49,111 nucleotides of DNA, taken from Chromera velia. Lineage: Eukaryota. The stretch is from assembly GCA_018398765.1 (NCBI GenBank), contig JAHBMJ010000390.1:1-49111 (forward strand), read 5' to 3'. The position numbers were made by a program, and so were the translations under genes. How positions within the stretch are numbered: the first letter of the stretch is position 1; the number at the start of each line of letters is the position of its first letter. Positions 1 to 12,300 of the stretch are shown here, in pieces. A model generated the notes under the pieces. It saw only the letters and a program-made list of their open reading frames with translations, was not told where the DNA came from and searched no databases.

Positions 1-193
1 TAGGACTGAGGATAGAACAGATCAAAAAATGGGTGCGCAGTTCGAGCGAGACAGATATTGTCGCGCGGGCGCAGTTTGTCCAGAGGGGCTTCCTATTTCA
101 CACTTTTTCGCGGTGTACCATGCCCACCGAGTGATTTGCTGAAATAGCGATGAAACTCGACAGGGACAAACTGCAGCCGCGCGACAATATAAT

Positions 194-550
194 CACCCCT
201 GACAGAATTATTATTATAAAAGCGAAGGGCGCCGTGCGGACCTTGCAAGACAAAAATTTACAAGTCCAGAGAATCGGATTGGTCACAATTCATCAGTCAA
301 TAAATGAATCTATTCATTCTAATCATATATGTTCAGTTCAATGGTAGCATCATCTGTTCATTCTAGACTTCATAGTGCTACTGCAAGTGTATGTTCACTT
401 GGTTCTTTCTTCTGTTTTGGACTTCGACTTTCAGGGTTGAGTTGAGCTGTGACTGACCTGCATGCACATGCGTATGTGCGGCGGCGCGCGAAAAGGGCCC
501 GCGTGCATCCGCGAGGTCGCGCGCGCGTATCGATAATTATGACAGGGGTG
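194..550. mobile_element. Putative non-autonomous TIR element (MITE) with CAC...GTG ends
   Basis: Left end CACCCCTGACAGAATTAT (194-211) matches the reverse complement of 533-550 (CACCCCTGTCATAATTAT) at 16/18. AT flanks both sides (192-193, 551-552), which may be a 2-bp TSD or a TIR extension. No coding capacity. Confidence 0.5.
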
Positions 551-830
551 ATCGTGTGACAAAATCCTCAGTCCTGCTATAGAATAACCATGCGGGTCCG
601 GTTGTTCGCCCGCGCATGTGTTGTAAGTGCCCCCGGCCCCGCTTCGCTTTCCGGGGCCATGTCGCTCGTCGGCCGTCTCCGAGAAAAATTGAGTCCTTTT
701 CGACTCCCAGCTAGGGCCTTCGCAGAAACCTTGCGTTGGTAATCAACCTTCCCTCCGTTTTGAAGAACACAAGCGTCTTTGGACTCCAGAATTCGGTTTT
801 TCATTTGCCACGTTGACTGATCGAGGCACC

Positions 831-3800
831 ATGTCCATGTGCACCCCTCTTCAGCCTCTCTCTGCCGCGGAAGTCTTCCAGAGCAGAGACGCCATTCTCG
901 CGACTGCTGCCAAGCAGGGCTTGTCCCAGCACGTGTTTGGGTACATTTCTCTTCTGGAGCCTTCTGGAGATGAGCTTAGGGCTTTCGAGAAGAGTGGCAC
1001 TCCGCCTGCCAGAAAGGCAGAGGCCGTCGTGCATTTGAGTGACGGTGCCGGCGTGCGGAAGCCTTTTAAGGCCTACGCGACTCTGAAGGGTTCCTCTGCT
1101 GAGGTGTCCCTGAGCCCCGTGGACACAGAGAAGGGCTGGCCCCTCTTCAGTCTGCACGAGTGCGATCTTGCGGAGAAGCTGGTCATGGACAGCCCCGAGG
1201 TGCACAAGCTTTTGAAGGAGACGTACAAGATGGACGAAAGTGCAATCAAGAGACTGAAAGTGGACCCCTGGGGGATTCATGGATGCCACTGGAGCCCCGT
1301 CTCTGCAGAGGCCGAGAAGAGCCGTGTGATGATGTGTCTGATGTACCTCAGCAAGAGAGAGGACTGCAAGGACAACTTCTACGCCCACCCCCTCGATTTC
1401 CTCTGTTACGTCGATCTGTATGAGAAGAAGCTTCTGCACATCCAGAAGTGCGAGAAGGGCGGGAAAGTCCCTCGCGAGGCTTCAGAGTACCACAGAGCGC
1501 TTGTAGATCACTCCAAATTCGACAGATCCCTGAAGCCTCTGGAGATCGTGCAGCCCGAGGGGCCCTCCTTCGAGGTTGAGGGGAACGGCATCAAGTGGAA
1601 CCGGTGGTCTCTGAACATCTCCTTCAACTACAGGTGCGTTTTTTCTTTCGTTGGTCTCTCTCTCTCTCTCCCTCCCTCCCTCCCTCTCTCCCTCTCTCTA
1701 TCTATCTATCCTGAAGGAAGAGAAAGGGAAGGAAAGAACGATCTTGTCTGCGTGTCAGTCAGACTTGAGAACACGAGAGGGTCGTTCTGGTGAGTGAGGG
1801 TGCGGAGGTGCGGAGAGAGATCGGGAACAGAAGCGAGACCACGCGAAGGATTCCCTTGTTTCCTCTTCTAACCTGTTTAAAAGCATCGCCTTTGACTACC
1901 TGCTTGCCTGACTGCGTGCCTTGCTGTCTGACTCACCTTGCAGAGAGGGATTGGTTCTCCACAATCTCAAGTTCGATGGGAGGCCCGTGCTCCGTCGTGC
2001 TTGCCTCTCCGAGATGGCGGTCCCCTACGCAGACCCATTCCCCCCCCACATCCACAAGTGCGCGTTCGACGTGGGCGACTACGGCCTCGGGTACTTCGCC
2101 ACATCTCTCAACCTCGGGTGTGACTGCCTTGGCAGGGTGGGTGGGCTTCTGTCTCCATCCTCTTTCTTTCTGTGATTGATTGAGTGAGATGTCATTCTTT
2201 TGGCCATATTGACTTGCTTTTTGTTACGCTAGGTGCCTTTGTCTTCGGAGGGTGGGGATATCTCTTTCTGTGTCTAAACCCGCCTGTCGGTTATTGCGTT
2301 GTTAGTGTGCTGTGGGCCCGTTTCACTGTGAACCTCTGCTTCTCCATGGACAGGGGCCCCGATGAAAGGAAAGAAGGCTCAAGAAAGAAATACACCCAGT
2401 CACACTTCTGCAATGAGACCGTTTTCACTTTCTGTTCCCTTTCTCATCATCCCCATGTGTCCCCCACCTTCCTTCCACATTGCTGCATGTTTGCTGATTT
2501 CCATTTCAGGCCATTCCACCCACCCTGTCTCTCCGTGTGTACAGATTCACTACTTCGACGCTCTGCTGACTGACCACAACGGAGACCCGTACGTGATCCC
2601 CAAGGCTGTCTGCATGCACGAGGAAGACGCAGGTGGGTGGGCCGAGTGGGGAGGGGGTCTGGTTTTTCTTCTTCCAGCACTCTCTCATCTCATTTCTGCC
2701 CTGCTGTGTTTTTGTCTCTCTTCGTTGTGCTACCTCCCTTTGTTCCTTCCAGTTTCCGCTACAGTCTGTATCACTCTCGTTCTGTGTGGCATGCAGTCTG
2801 ACTTCTGCGTGTGCGCATGAGCATCTGATTCGGTGTGCTCATTCATTCATCGATTCCCCCCGATCGACCCCCGGATGCATTTTGCACGCATGCATACATG
2901 CATGCATGCATGCATGCAGGTCTCCTCTGGAAGCACGTGGAGAGCCGCACAGGGCACAACGAGTCCAGACGCAACAGGAAGCTGGTGATCTCCTTCATCG
3001 CGACTGTGGTCAACTACGAGTCAGCCAGTTGGAGGCGGGGGGACGGGGGAGGAAAGAGGGAACCTGGGCCAGACAAATCAATGCATGTCACTCAGACCAG
3101 CAGTAAAGAAGAAGAAAAGTGAGAGAAAGAGAGAAAAGAAAAAACATTCACCCCCTCACGCATATCGCAGACCAGACTAAAGTACACCCAACAGTCTCCA
3201 AGATAGGCAGCCGCGTTGTGATATGAAGCGCAGATTGACGATATGCAAACCCAGAGCTTGACTGACTGACTGACTGACTGACAATTTTCACGCGGCTCTT
3301 CTCTTGCAGATACGCCATTTATTGGAATCTGTACCTTGACGGCACTATCGACCTTGAGATCAAGCTGACAGGCATCCTCTCCACCAACGCTCTCTCCGAC
3401 TGCGAGAAGGACTCTGGAGTCCCTCAGCACGGTACTCTGGTGACTGAGGAAGTCAATGCGCAGATCCACCAGCACATCTTCTGTGCTCGTTTGGACACGT
3501 GCGTGGACGGAGACGGCAACTACGTCTGCGAGACTGAGCTTGTGCCTGTGGAGGACAAGAGAGACCCCTACAGGAACTGCCTGGAGGTCAAGAAGAGAGT
3601 CCTTGACACGGAGAAGGACGGGAGGGGATGGAGCAACCAGTCCCAGGCGACCTCTCGCTATTGGACTGTCTGCAACGGAGAGAAGAAGAACAGGTGAGCA
3701 GCTACTCTCTCTCCTTCCTCCCCTACCTCAAATCCGTTTGGGGTCTGCGCACAAAGTCTCCAGCAAGTTTGTGTGTCCTGTATGTGTGTGTGTGTGTGAC

Positions 3801-4471
3801 CCTTTGCCTTGGAAGGACGGTTCAAATGGCACTCTTCCGGACCCCTTTGAAACGCTGGCTGACCTCAAATCGTTTGCGCCCCGTTCAGTGTGAACCTCGC
3901 CCAACATGATTCAGCGCGCTGCATTTATTTTGTTCCACATTCTCTCCCTACATCTCCCCTGCGCAGGTACGGCAACCCCACCGCCTACAAGCTGATGCCC
4001 ATGGGCGCCCCCACTGTGATCTCCAAGCCCGACAACTTCCTCTTCGAGAGGGGGCCCTTCACAAAGCACGCAGTGTGGGTGACCCCCCAGACTGCAGAGG
4101 AGAGATACGCAGCTGGTGACTTCACGACGCACGCAAAGGGAGAGCAGGGGGGGATTGAGCAGTATCAGAGACAGGGTCGAGATCTTGTCAACAAGCCTCT
4201 GGTGCTGTGGCACACATTCAACGCGGTGCACGTGGTCAGGCCCGAGGATTTCCCCGTGATGCCCGCAGAGATGGCCGGGTTCAAGTTGCGGGCGTTTGGG
4301 TTTTTCGACGAAAACCCGACTTGTCTCCTTCCCCCCCAGTCGTGTGGTTCGAAGAGCCTCTCCGTGCAGACGCAGAGCGCCCTGACAAACCTCGAGGGGG
4401 CTTCTGTGCCAACGACTGAGGCCTCATCCAACTCTCCTGTCTCCGCACACTCGGGAGGAGAGTGCCATTGA
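831..4471 (+). CDS. Copper-containing (TPQ) primary amine oxidase, 6 exons
   Basis: Frame-consistent GT-AG exons 831-1633, 1944-2136, 2545-2632, 2920-3019, 3310-3693, 3967-4471. Motifs: NFYAHP, QPEGPSF, FNYREGLVL, catalytic Asp in AFDVGDYG, CDCLG, TPQ consensus TVVNYEY, Cu-ligand HQH, and HVVRPEDFPVMP. Confidence 0.95.
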
Positions 4472-6537
4472 GAGCGAGAGGAAAATGGATAGAAAGGACG
4501 CGACAAGTACAGCAAGGAGGACGTGACAAAGAAGAAAGAAGAGAAAAGAAAAGCAAGCAAACAAGGCAGGAGAGAAGAAGAAGAGTTGGCTCTGTTCAAC
4601 AGCCCTCTGTGCCCTGGCCATGGTCATCGTATGCGTGTTTGCCACTTATCTTTCCTTACAGATGCAGATGTGTGTTGCATTACCCTGTTCATGCTCTTCT
4701 TTGTGCATGGGTGAGGAAGGGGACGAGATATGAGGACAGTTCCTTGTATGTCTTCTCCTTTTCAACTGCTGCCCCGATCTATCGATCGACTCTGGCTCTT
4801 CGTTGGATTAATCCCTCTGCCCCTCAACCGTTTGATTGATGCCTTTCCTCTCTATGTCTTCTTTGCTTTCGCCTGTCTTCCTGCGATCTTTCTGTCTGCC
4901 AAATCGTGTTTGTCTGCTTTAAAGTATGCGTGTCACATGAGCGCAGCTTCAGGTGTCAACAGGTTTTGCCTTTCTATCCGTTCATCCGTGGCTGTGAACA
5001 GCAGCACGCGTTTTGGGTGTTGATGAGTGCGTGTCGTTTTTGACTTGTTCTGAAATGATACAAGAAAACAAACAAAGGCAAATCTGGGGGTTTTGAAAAA
5101 ATTCTTGCGTGCCCAGCTGCATGCACGCATTGAACGACAAAGAAACTCAGTCTTACCGTACGGCCTTACTGAGAAGGAGGGTGAGGGAGATTTCCTGCCA
5201 GAATCATGTTGGAGGGGCAACTGTCAGACGGAAGCTCGATGTACCAAAATGACAGTACTGGTTGCAGGAAAGTGGGAGCAAAAAACAAGTTAACGCTTCA
5301 ATGGGTCTGGCTGTGCAGAAGCGCTTTTTGTGTGTTATTCTGTATTATACTGTTTGGTGAGAAACGTACGTTTGTTTGGTGTCTGATCTGACTGCCAAGT
5401 ACTACCAAGTCTAAAAAAAACCAAAGCCCGACAGAATGGTCAGAAGAGGTCTTGAAGTGGTTGCTAGAATGCCTCTTTACAGTGCATAGAGGATTCAGTA
5501 TTACATAGTGGCGTTAGCCGTAACAAATATATACTTTTATAATATATGCATGGCCGGAAGGGCCATTTTACGTACCGTGTAACATGTGTAATATTGCTAA
5601 ATATTGCATTAGTTGCAGTAAAACATAATTAAGTTACGTTAATTTCAATATAACATACCATTAATGTTCTAAGTTTTTAATTTCCCGCGATTCACTACTG
5701 GGGGACGGTTTGTACCATAGTGATTTTACTTAATTTAAGAGGGAGTATCAGACCGATCCCATACTGGACTAACAGTGATCGATTTCTATTGTTCTGTGAG
5801 GAATAAGCTGAAATGTCAGAAATGTTATAAATGTAAGTGTTTGCTGGTTAGTAGCTAGGGTTGGTAAAGACAGAAAGAGAGACAAATGGACTGAAACTGC
5901 TACATAAAAATGAAAAAAAAAAAATATGTCTCTGTTAGTCTCTGTATCTCTCTAGCTGCGTGATCGAAAAATCACGAAAACACAATGGAGTATGACGGAG
6001 TCCGATGTTTGAGTGCCACATGCAATTTCCGAATTTCGCTTTCCGGGGGCGCTCGCACTCCTGTCTTGATCTTCTTACGCGATCCCGGAAAGAAGACTTG
6101 GGGGGCACGTTCTGGCATGCATCGAAAAGCCCACGGCGCAGAAATTTTGTCGATCGACTCGAAAGGCTCGAGTGACAGTCGGAATGTGTCGGACACTGTC
6201 GGACACGGAAAGGTGCCCACTAGTGCACTTCCGGCCTCGAAGCCACCTCGAATACACAGATCTGTCCCAGTACAAAGCCGAGATCTCGAGCTGCAATGTC
6301 GAATCGCTTTCGAGCTTGGCCACTTGACGACTTCAGACTCCTAGCTGACTCTGGCATCACTGCATGGCAGCTTTCTCGCCAGTGCACTGCTCGCCGTCGG
6401 TGTAGGCTACTATGAGGTTTCCGTGACCTCAATGTGGAAAGTCTCAGAAGCCAGGTTGCAAGCCTTTCTGCGCATATAGGAGGCCTTGTTCTTTTGTTTA
6501 GGTGTGCTGCTTCATGAAAAATTCTGAACATCGCAGA

Positions 6538-7915
6538 ATGCCGCAAATTCGACAGAGAAAGATCGACAACAGCGCTGAGCTGGAAATTTGGCGGGACGAG
6601 GAATCTCTCCTTGCAAATTCGGTCGGTCCCTTCAGGTGTCTGAAGGGAGGTAGAGCTTCAGAGGCAATGACAAACCGTGATGCATGACCCTACTGACCGA
6701 GGCTCGTCTTGCGATCCCAAAAATCCTCATTTGGATCCCCCTTCTTCTTGTTTGCCGTCTCCTTTTTCTTCAGGTCCAGATCGACGTTGGGCTTCCGTCT
6801 TCCTCCTCTCACAACCCGTCTTATGTGTCCACAGCCGGAGCGGCAGCTGCTCCTGCGGCTGAAAAGCACTTCTATGAAATACCTCCGATCAGTCAGTCAA
6901 GAAGAGACTCCACGGCACAGAATGTGAAAGGAGACGGGAAGACTGTGTCGTGTGTTGTTTCTGAAATTTTCCCACCCCTCTCCAAGGTCACTCAAGATCA
7001 CCCCCGTTTCTCCGTTGTTTAGAGTAGAGAAATAAGAGAAAATTTGATTTAGGGGGGCTGAAGGAAGCACACGCGTATGGGTCATGGCTTGAAAGCTGCT
7101 GCATTTTTCTCTCTGTTTCAAATCGTGTGTGTGCTTGCAGTTGAAAATGAGCAGTTCGCGCCCTCCAAGGGGGTGGACAAACCCGAGTTCTTCATGAAGA
7201 AGTTCATATGCAAGGACTTGTCAGTTTGTGAAGTGAAAAGGGTTAGGGGAGGGAGCTGAAGAAACTTCCCCGAGTTGCCTCTCGTTACGCCGGCTGTGGT
7301 TGCTGCTTTGTTTTCCCCCTTGATTTCCTTGAGACCCGCCTCTCGCTTTTTCGTGAACTGCCTGCGTGCGCATGTCTGCGGAGGACAGAGAAAGAAGAAC
7401 AGTTGCTGCAACGGCAGGTAGGTCGCGAAAAAAAGAAAGACTGTACACGGATGACCCTCCTCTCTGTCTCCTCTGTGCCCCTCTTTTCTCTTTCTGTGTT
7501 CAGTGAACCAACTTATCCTGTCACCGTCCAAGGGCAAATCCACGAGGTCCAGTACAACATCCAGAAGGAGGATGTAGATTTCCTCAGACAGTTCAACATG
7601 AGATTTGACGGGGGCGAAAGAAACCCAAGGCTATCTGAGGTAAGAAGGAGGGAGGGGGTGGGGGACACCCCGATCCCTCCAGAGGAAGAGAGAGAGAGAA
7701 CGTCACCCCAAATTGGATTTTCTTCCTCTCTCCCACCCACCTTTCTCTCTCCAATTTGTGATTGGTCCATTTCCTCTGCCATCGCTCTCGAGCTTTCAAC
7801 CCCTTTGCCTGTTATCTCCACTGCACTGTATCTGTATACGGACCGGCTGCTGTGCAACTCGGCAGGGCTGTAATTTGCCCTTTCTCCGACTCTTTGGCTC
7901 TCCACGTTTCTTTCC

Positions 7916-7957
<42 letters not shown>

Positions 7958-8034
7958 GTCTATCTATCTGTCTGTCTGTCTGTCTGAGCAGTCGCACACA
8001 CATACAGTAACACACACATACGTGCACAGACACA

Positions 8035-8070
<36 letters not shown>

Positions 8071-9305
8071 TTCTTTCCATCTGGGCGGGGGGGCAAAAGA
8101 AGAGATCCAACAAGAAGAGAGGGGCTGTGGCTGAGAAACGATAAAGGGAACCCCAGAAGAAGAAAAGAAAAGAGAAAGGGAACCCCAGAAAAAAGAAAAA
8201 AAGAAAGTGCTGCTACTGCTGCTGCTGGCGGTTAGGGGGGCCTGGCTGCTGCTACTGCTGCTGCCTCGTAAGCGAAAGGAGAAGAAAAAAACGAACACGT
8301 CCAGATGGAAAGAATGTGGAAGTGCAAAGGCGTAAGCCTGCACTGGGCAAGGAAGGGCCGCAGGGTACGCTTAAGGCCTGGAGCTCTGGTACCCTTCCAC
8401 TGAGAGAGCGCGCCAAAAGAAGAAAGAAAGAAACAGAAGAGAATGAAGAAGGAGAAAAAGGAAAAGAAAAGACGATATAGTCTGTCTGCCTGTCTGTGAA
8501 GAAAAGGAGGGAGAAGAAGAAGAAACATATAGTCTGTCTGTCTTCATGAAGAAAAGAAGGGAGAAGAAGAAACATATAGTCTGTCTGTCTTCTTAAAGAA
8601 AGGAAGAGAAAAAGGAAAGGAAAGACGATATAGTCTGTCTGTTTGTTTGTCTCTGTCAGCAAGAAAGAAGAAGCATATGAATAGAACAACAGAAGAAGTG
8701 CAAAGTCTCTTGTCCGCCTTTCGTTCTTTCCTCCTTTTCTTTTTCCCCCCAGCCCTCTCTCTCTCTCTCGCTTTCTCCTCGCAGGATGCGTTCATCTTCA
8801 TGATCAATACATGGGAGCACCTGACAGAGAAGCGCTCGATGATTCACCTCGAGGAAGCGTTCAAGGGGGTGACCCGATATGTGACCTTGGCAGACACGTA
8901 CATCAAGGAAGTCTATGAGGTCAGCCAGTCTGTCAGTCAGTCAGTCAGGCGCGCGTGCGCGCGCGCGCGTGTGTGTGTGTCTGTGTGTTTGAATGGAAGC
9001 GTGCGCACACGAAAGTGCATGAAACTCCGCAGCTCAGTACCAAATTTCTGTCATTTGACTGACTGTCTTTTGCGCCGATTCCGTAGTCAAGGCGCTCTCC
9101 AGATACCTCTCTGTCAATTCTGGCAGCTCTGCCTCATCTCAACACGTTTGCCCTTTTTGTTCCATCTCCGTGTTTACATGTGTCTTTGTTCCTGTCTGTC
9201 TGGGTGCAGTATTGGAAGAGGAGGCGGGAGGATCTGGACAGGCCATTGCTGAGAAAGTTCTGGCCTACTCCTTCTCAACAGCAAGAGGGGACGGTGGGTC
9301 AGTGC

Positions 9306-9338
<33 letters not shown>

Positions 9339-12300
9339 CATGCATCCGAGAATGCGTGGGTGCATTCGGTAACGGTTGAGTGAGGGAGAGGGCATGAAGC
9401 AGAAAGAAAGTGGGATGATCCAGAAAGTCTCTATCTTTCGCCGTCCGGTCTGTGTCTACGCGACTTCGTGTGTGAGTGTATGTGTGTGTGTGTGTGCGCG
9501 TGCGTCTGGATGTGCGACTGGGTGTGCTTGTGCGGGTCTGTCTGTGTGTGGGCGTTTGTGATCTGTTGCTTGTTGCATGTGCAATCGTGTTCTTGTTTTG
9601 TTATTTTTGCACATGTAGTTTCGTCGTCAGGTTTCTGTTGTGTCTGTTTCTGAGTCGTTTTTTGCACATATCCGCGCAGGGGAGGCGCCCGCGTAAAACA
9701 AACACGAGAAGGGGCGGATCGGTCAGTTGCTTCCTTGAGGGGCAGGCAAAGAGGGTCTCCCAGAAATCAGCCACTCTTCTTTCCTTTCTTTCTTTCTTTC
9801 TTTCTTTCTTTGCTTGCTGGCAGGTCGCGTTTCCCTCCCCATTTTTGCTGTCGAGCGTTGCAGTACGGGCAGAAAGAAATGTTGTCCTTCGGGGCAGACT
9901 CGATCAGAAGAGGCGATGCTCACATGTATAGAATGAAACGTTACCCCTCTCAACCGTCCAAAAGCGTTTGACGACCTCATTTGTTTTTCGTTGCCGTGTG
10001 TAAGTAGGAAAAGGAAAACAATCAACTCACCACAGTCCTTTGAGGAAGGAAAAAGCAAAGGCTGGCGGAACGACATTCAGACGGCAGGCAGAGGAACCCC
10101 TTCACGATTGCGTCTGCGCCTCTCGTGCTTCAAGGGCACTGTCGGGCCTGCTTTCCGTTTTTGTTTCCTGTCCGTATTCTGTGTCTGGTGCGCTTGAGTT
10201 CCTCGCTGTCTCCCTCCGACCTGCTCCACTAGTGGGTTTCTTCGTCACACGACGGACAGGTGCATGCTCGGGGGTCCTGCAGAATCCAATGAATGGTTTT
10301 GTGATGTCTTCTCCTCCCTCTCTTTTCTGTTGGGTCTGCCCCTCTTGCCTGCCTGACTGCAGGAAACCCTTGTGAAACTCCAGACAGTCATCTCGTCACT
10401 TGAGAAGGTTGGTCAGTTCTTTCTTGCACACTCACTCACATAAAAACGTACACACATACACCGAGAAAGAAGGAGGGGGCTCCTATGCAGGATGCCGATT
10501 CCCCGACTTTCTCCCCTTTTTTCAGAACCCGGCGTATGCACCCTGATGTACCGGCCGGAAAGGAAGGCAAACGGAGACAAATCGTTTCGTTTACCAACCT
10601 GCCTGTCTGCTCTCTGCTACACGGCTCGCGCTTCAACTCTGCCCGTCTCTCTAATTGACCGCAAAATACCTGACGAGGTAAGGCCTCTTTGTCCTGAGGC
10701 GGAGCGCTCTTATTCTTTTGCGTTCTAGGTCCGCAAGTCGACATCAGAATTTCGGGAGTTTCGTCGTCTGTCCTCGCATTTCTCTCTCTATGTTCTCCCT
10801 CTGGGTGCGTGTGAGCGTGCGTGCAGGTTCAGCAGCTGAAAGTGATTCGCAAATGGATGATGAAGAGGGAAGAGACCAAACTCCGGATAGTTCTGGACGA
10901 AGAAGCCGACTTCGCCAACCAGAGGTCAGTAGGTCGGTAGGTCTGTCCGCCCGTCTTTGTCTGTGTGCGCTTATCTTTCTTTGTCTGTTTTTCGCATGGG
11001 GTCAAGCACTACGTCTACCGTGGGGCCGTTTCGTCGTGCATCCCTCTGCCTGCATGGCTGTTTTTTGTCCGTCCGTCCGTCCGTCCCTCTGGCCGTCTTC
11101 GCATGTCTCAATGGGTTTCTGTGTAACAATCCTTTCACGGGAAGGAAAGAAGGTTTACGGTCGCGAGAAGATGAATGGGCACATTTGAAGATTCTGTCCA
11201 AAGTGACAGACGAGACTGTTGAGCGAAGCAGTACAGATGAAAAAAGAAGTCGATGGGTAGGCGATCTGTCATTTTTTGATTCTGTGCGTTTGATGGATGG
11301 TGTTTGTCTGTCTGCCTGTCCACACGCAGAATGGCTTTGGCAGCGCGTCACCTGGACCTCCTCGATCCTCTCGAGAGCGGGGAGGCCCGGATCCCCCCCA
11401 GGACCCGCACCTTGAAGGACGTGAAGGACCTCACCAAGGCAATCAAGAACAAAGCGTGCGACAAAGACGAAGACGAAAGGAGGGATAGAGACAAAAAGAA
11501 AGAAAAATCATCAGCCCTTCTTGTTGCTGGTACCCCTGTTCCCTTCAGCCCGGGTCCGGATATTCCGGGTATTGCGTCTCCTTCCGTGTTCCCGAATGAC
11601 GGAGACGGCCTCGGCCTCACTCTGTGGGGGCCCTCGGGGGGGAAGCCGGAGGGCTTCGGGACGGACGGGAAGGGCGGGTTTGCGTTTGTGCCGTGCCGAG
11701 CCGACCTTGCCACTGCTCCGATGGTTGGAAGAGTGCGGATAGGTCAGGCCCACATTTAGATAGAGAGTCTTGCCTGATCCTGCCATCCTCTCTCTCTGTC
11801 TCTTGTCTGTCTCTCTCTCTCTCTCTCTTTCTCTTCTGTCGGTCTCCTTTCTCTCTCAAACACCGCATGGATGTCGTGTTTTTAGCATGTCGTTGAAACT
11901 CGGTCACAACACTTCAAAGGATCTCAGTAGTGGTGGCAGAAACATGTGTTCACGCGTGTCACAGCAGACAGCAGAGAGGTGAAAACGGAAAGGTGGACGC
12001 AAGGAAGGAAGGAGGGAAAAGGGGAATCAAATAAAAAAGCAAATGACAACAAATTAAGGAAACAAGGTAGGAAGGAAGGAAGCCTCGGCGGGCCACTTGG
12101 GGCTGTAGCGATCCGTTTCCGAACTCTGTTGTTCCCTCATGATGAATGGGATGGGCCCATGGGGGGGATCTTTGGTGGACTTCGGGTGTGTGACTACAGA
12201 GAGTAAAGCTTTTTTTTTGAGTACTTGGATGGTTTGATGCTTTGTGCATCTTCAGGTGTCAAATAAGCAAAGGCGCATGCAAATTCATGCGTGCATATAT

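Noticed and set aside
801..1439. Long antisense ORFs opposite real exons (also 3911-4231, 32443-33030, 40590-41108, 47285-47906)
   Set aside because: Shadow ORFs caused by GC-rich codon usage; no recognisable motifs.
6684..7022. ORF MTLLTEARLAIPKILIWIPLLLVC... looking like a type II membrane or secreted protein
   Set aside because: The hydrophobic part is the polypyrimidine tract of intron 6622-6773; the true N-terminus is the EPC-type exon at 6538.
8475..8641. Repeat-spacer pattern resembling a mini CRISPR array
   Set aside because: The 14-bp non-palindromic core has related low-complexity linkers, lies in a eukaryotic intron and has no cas genes nearby; it is a minisatellite.
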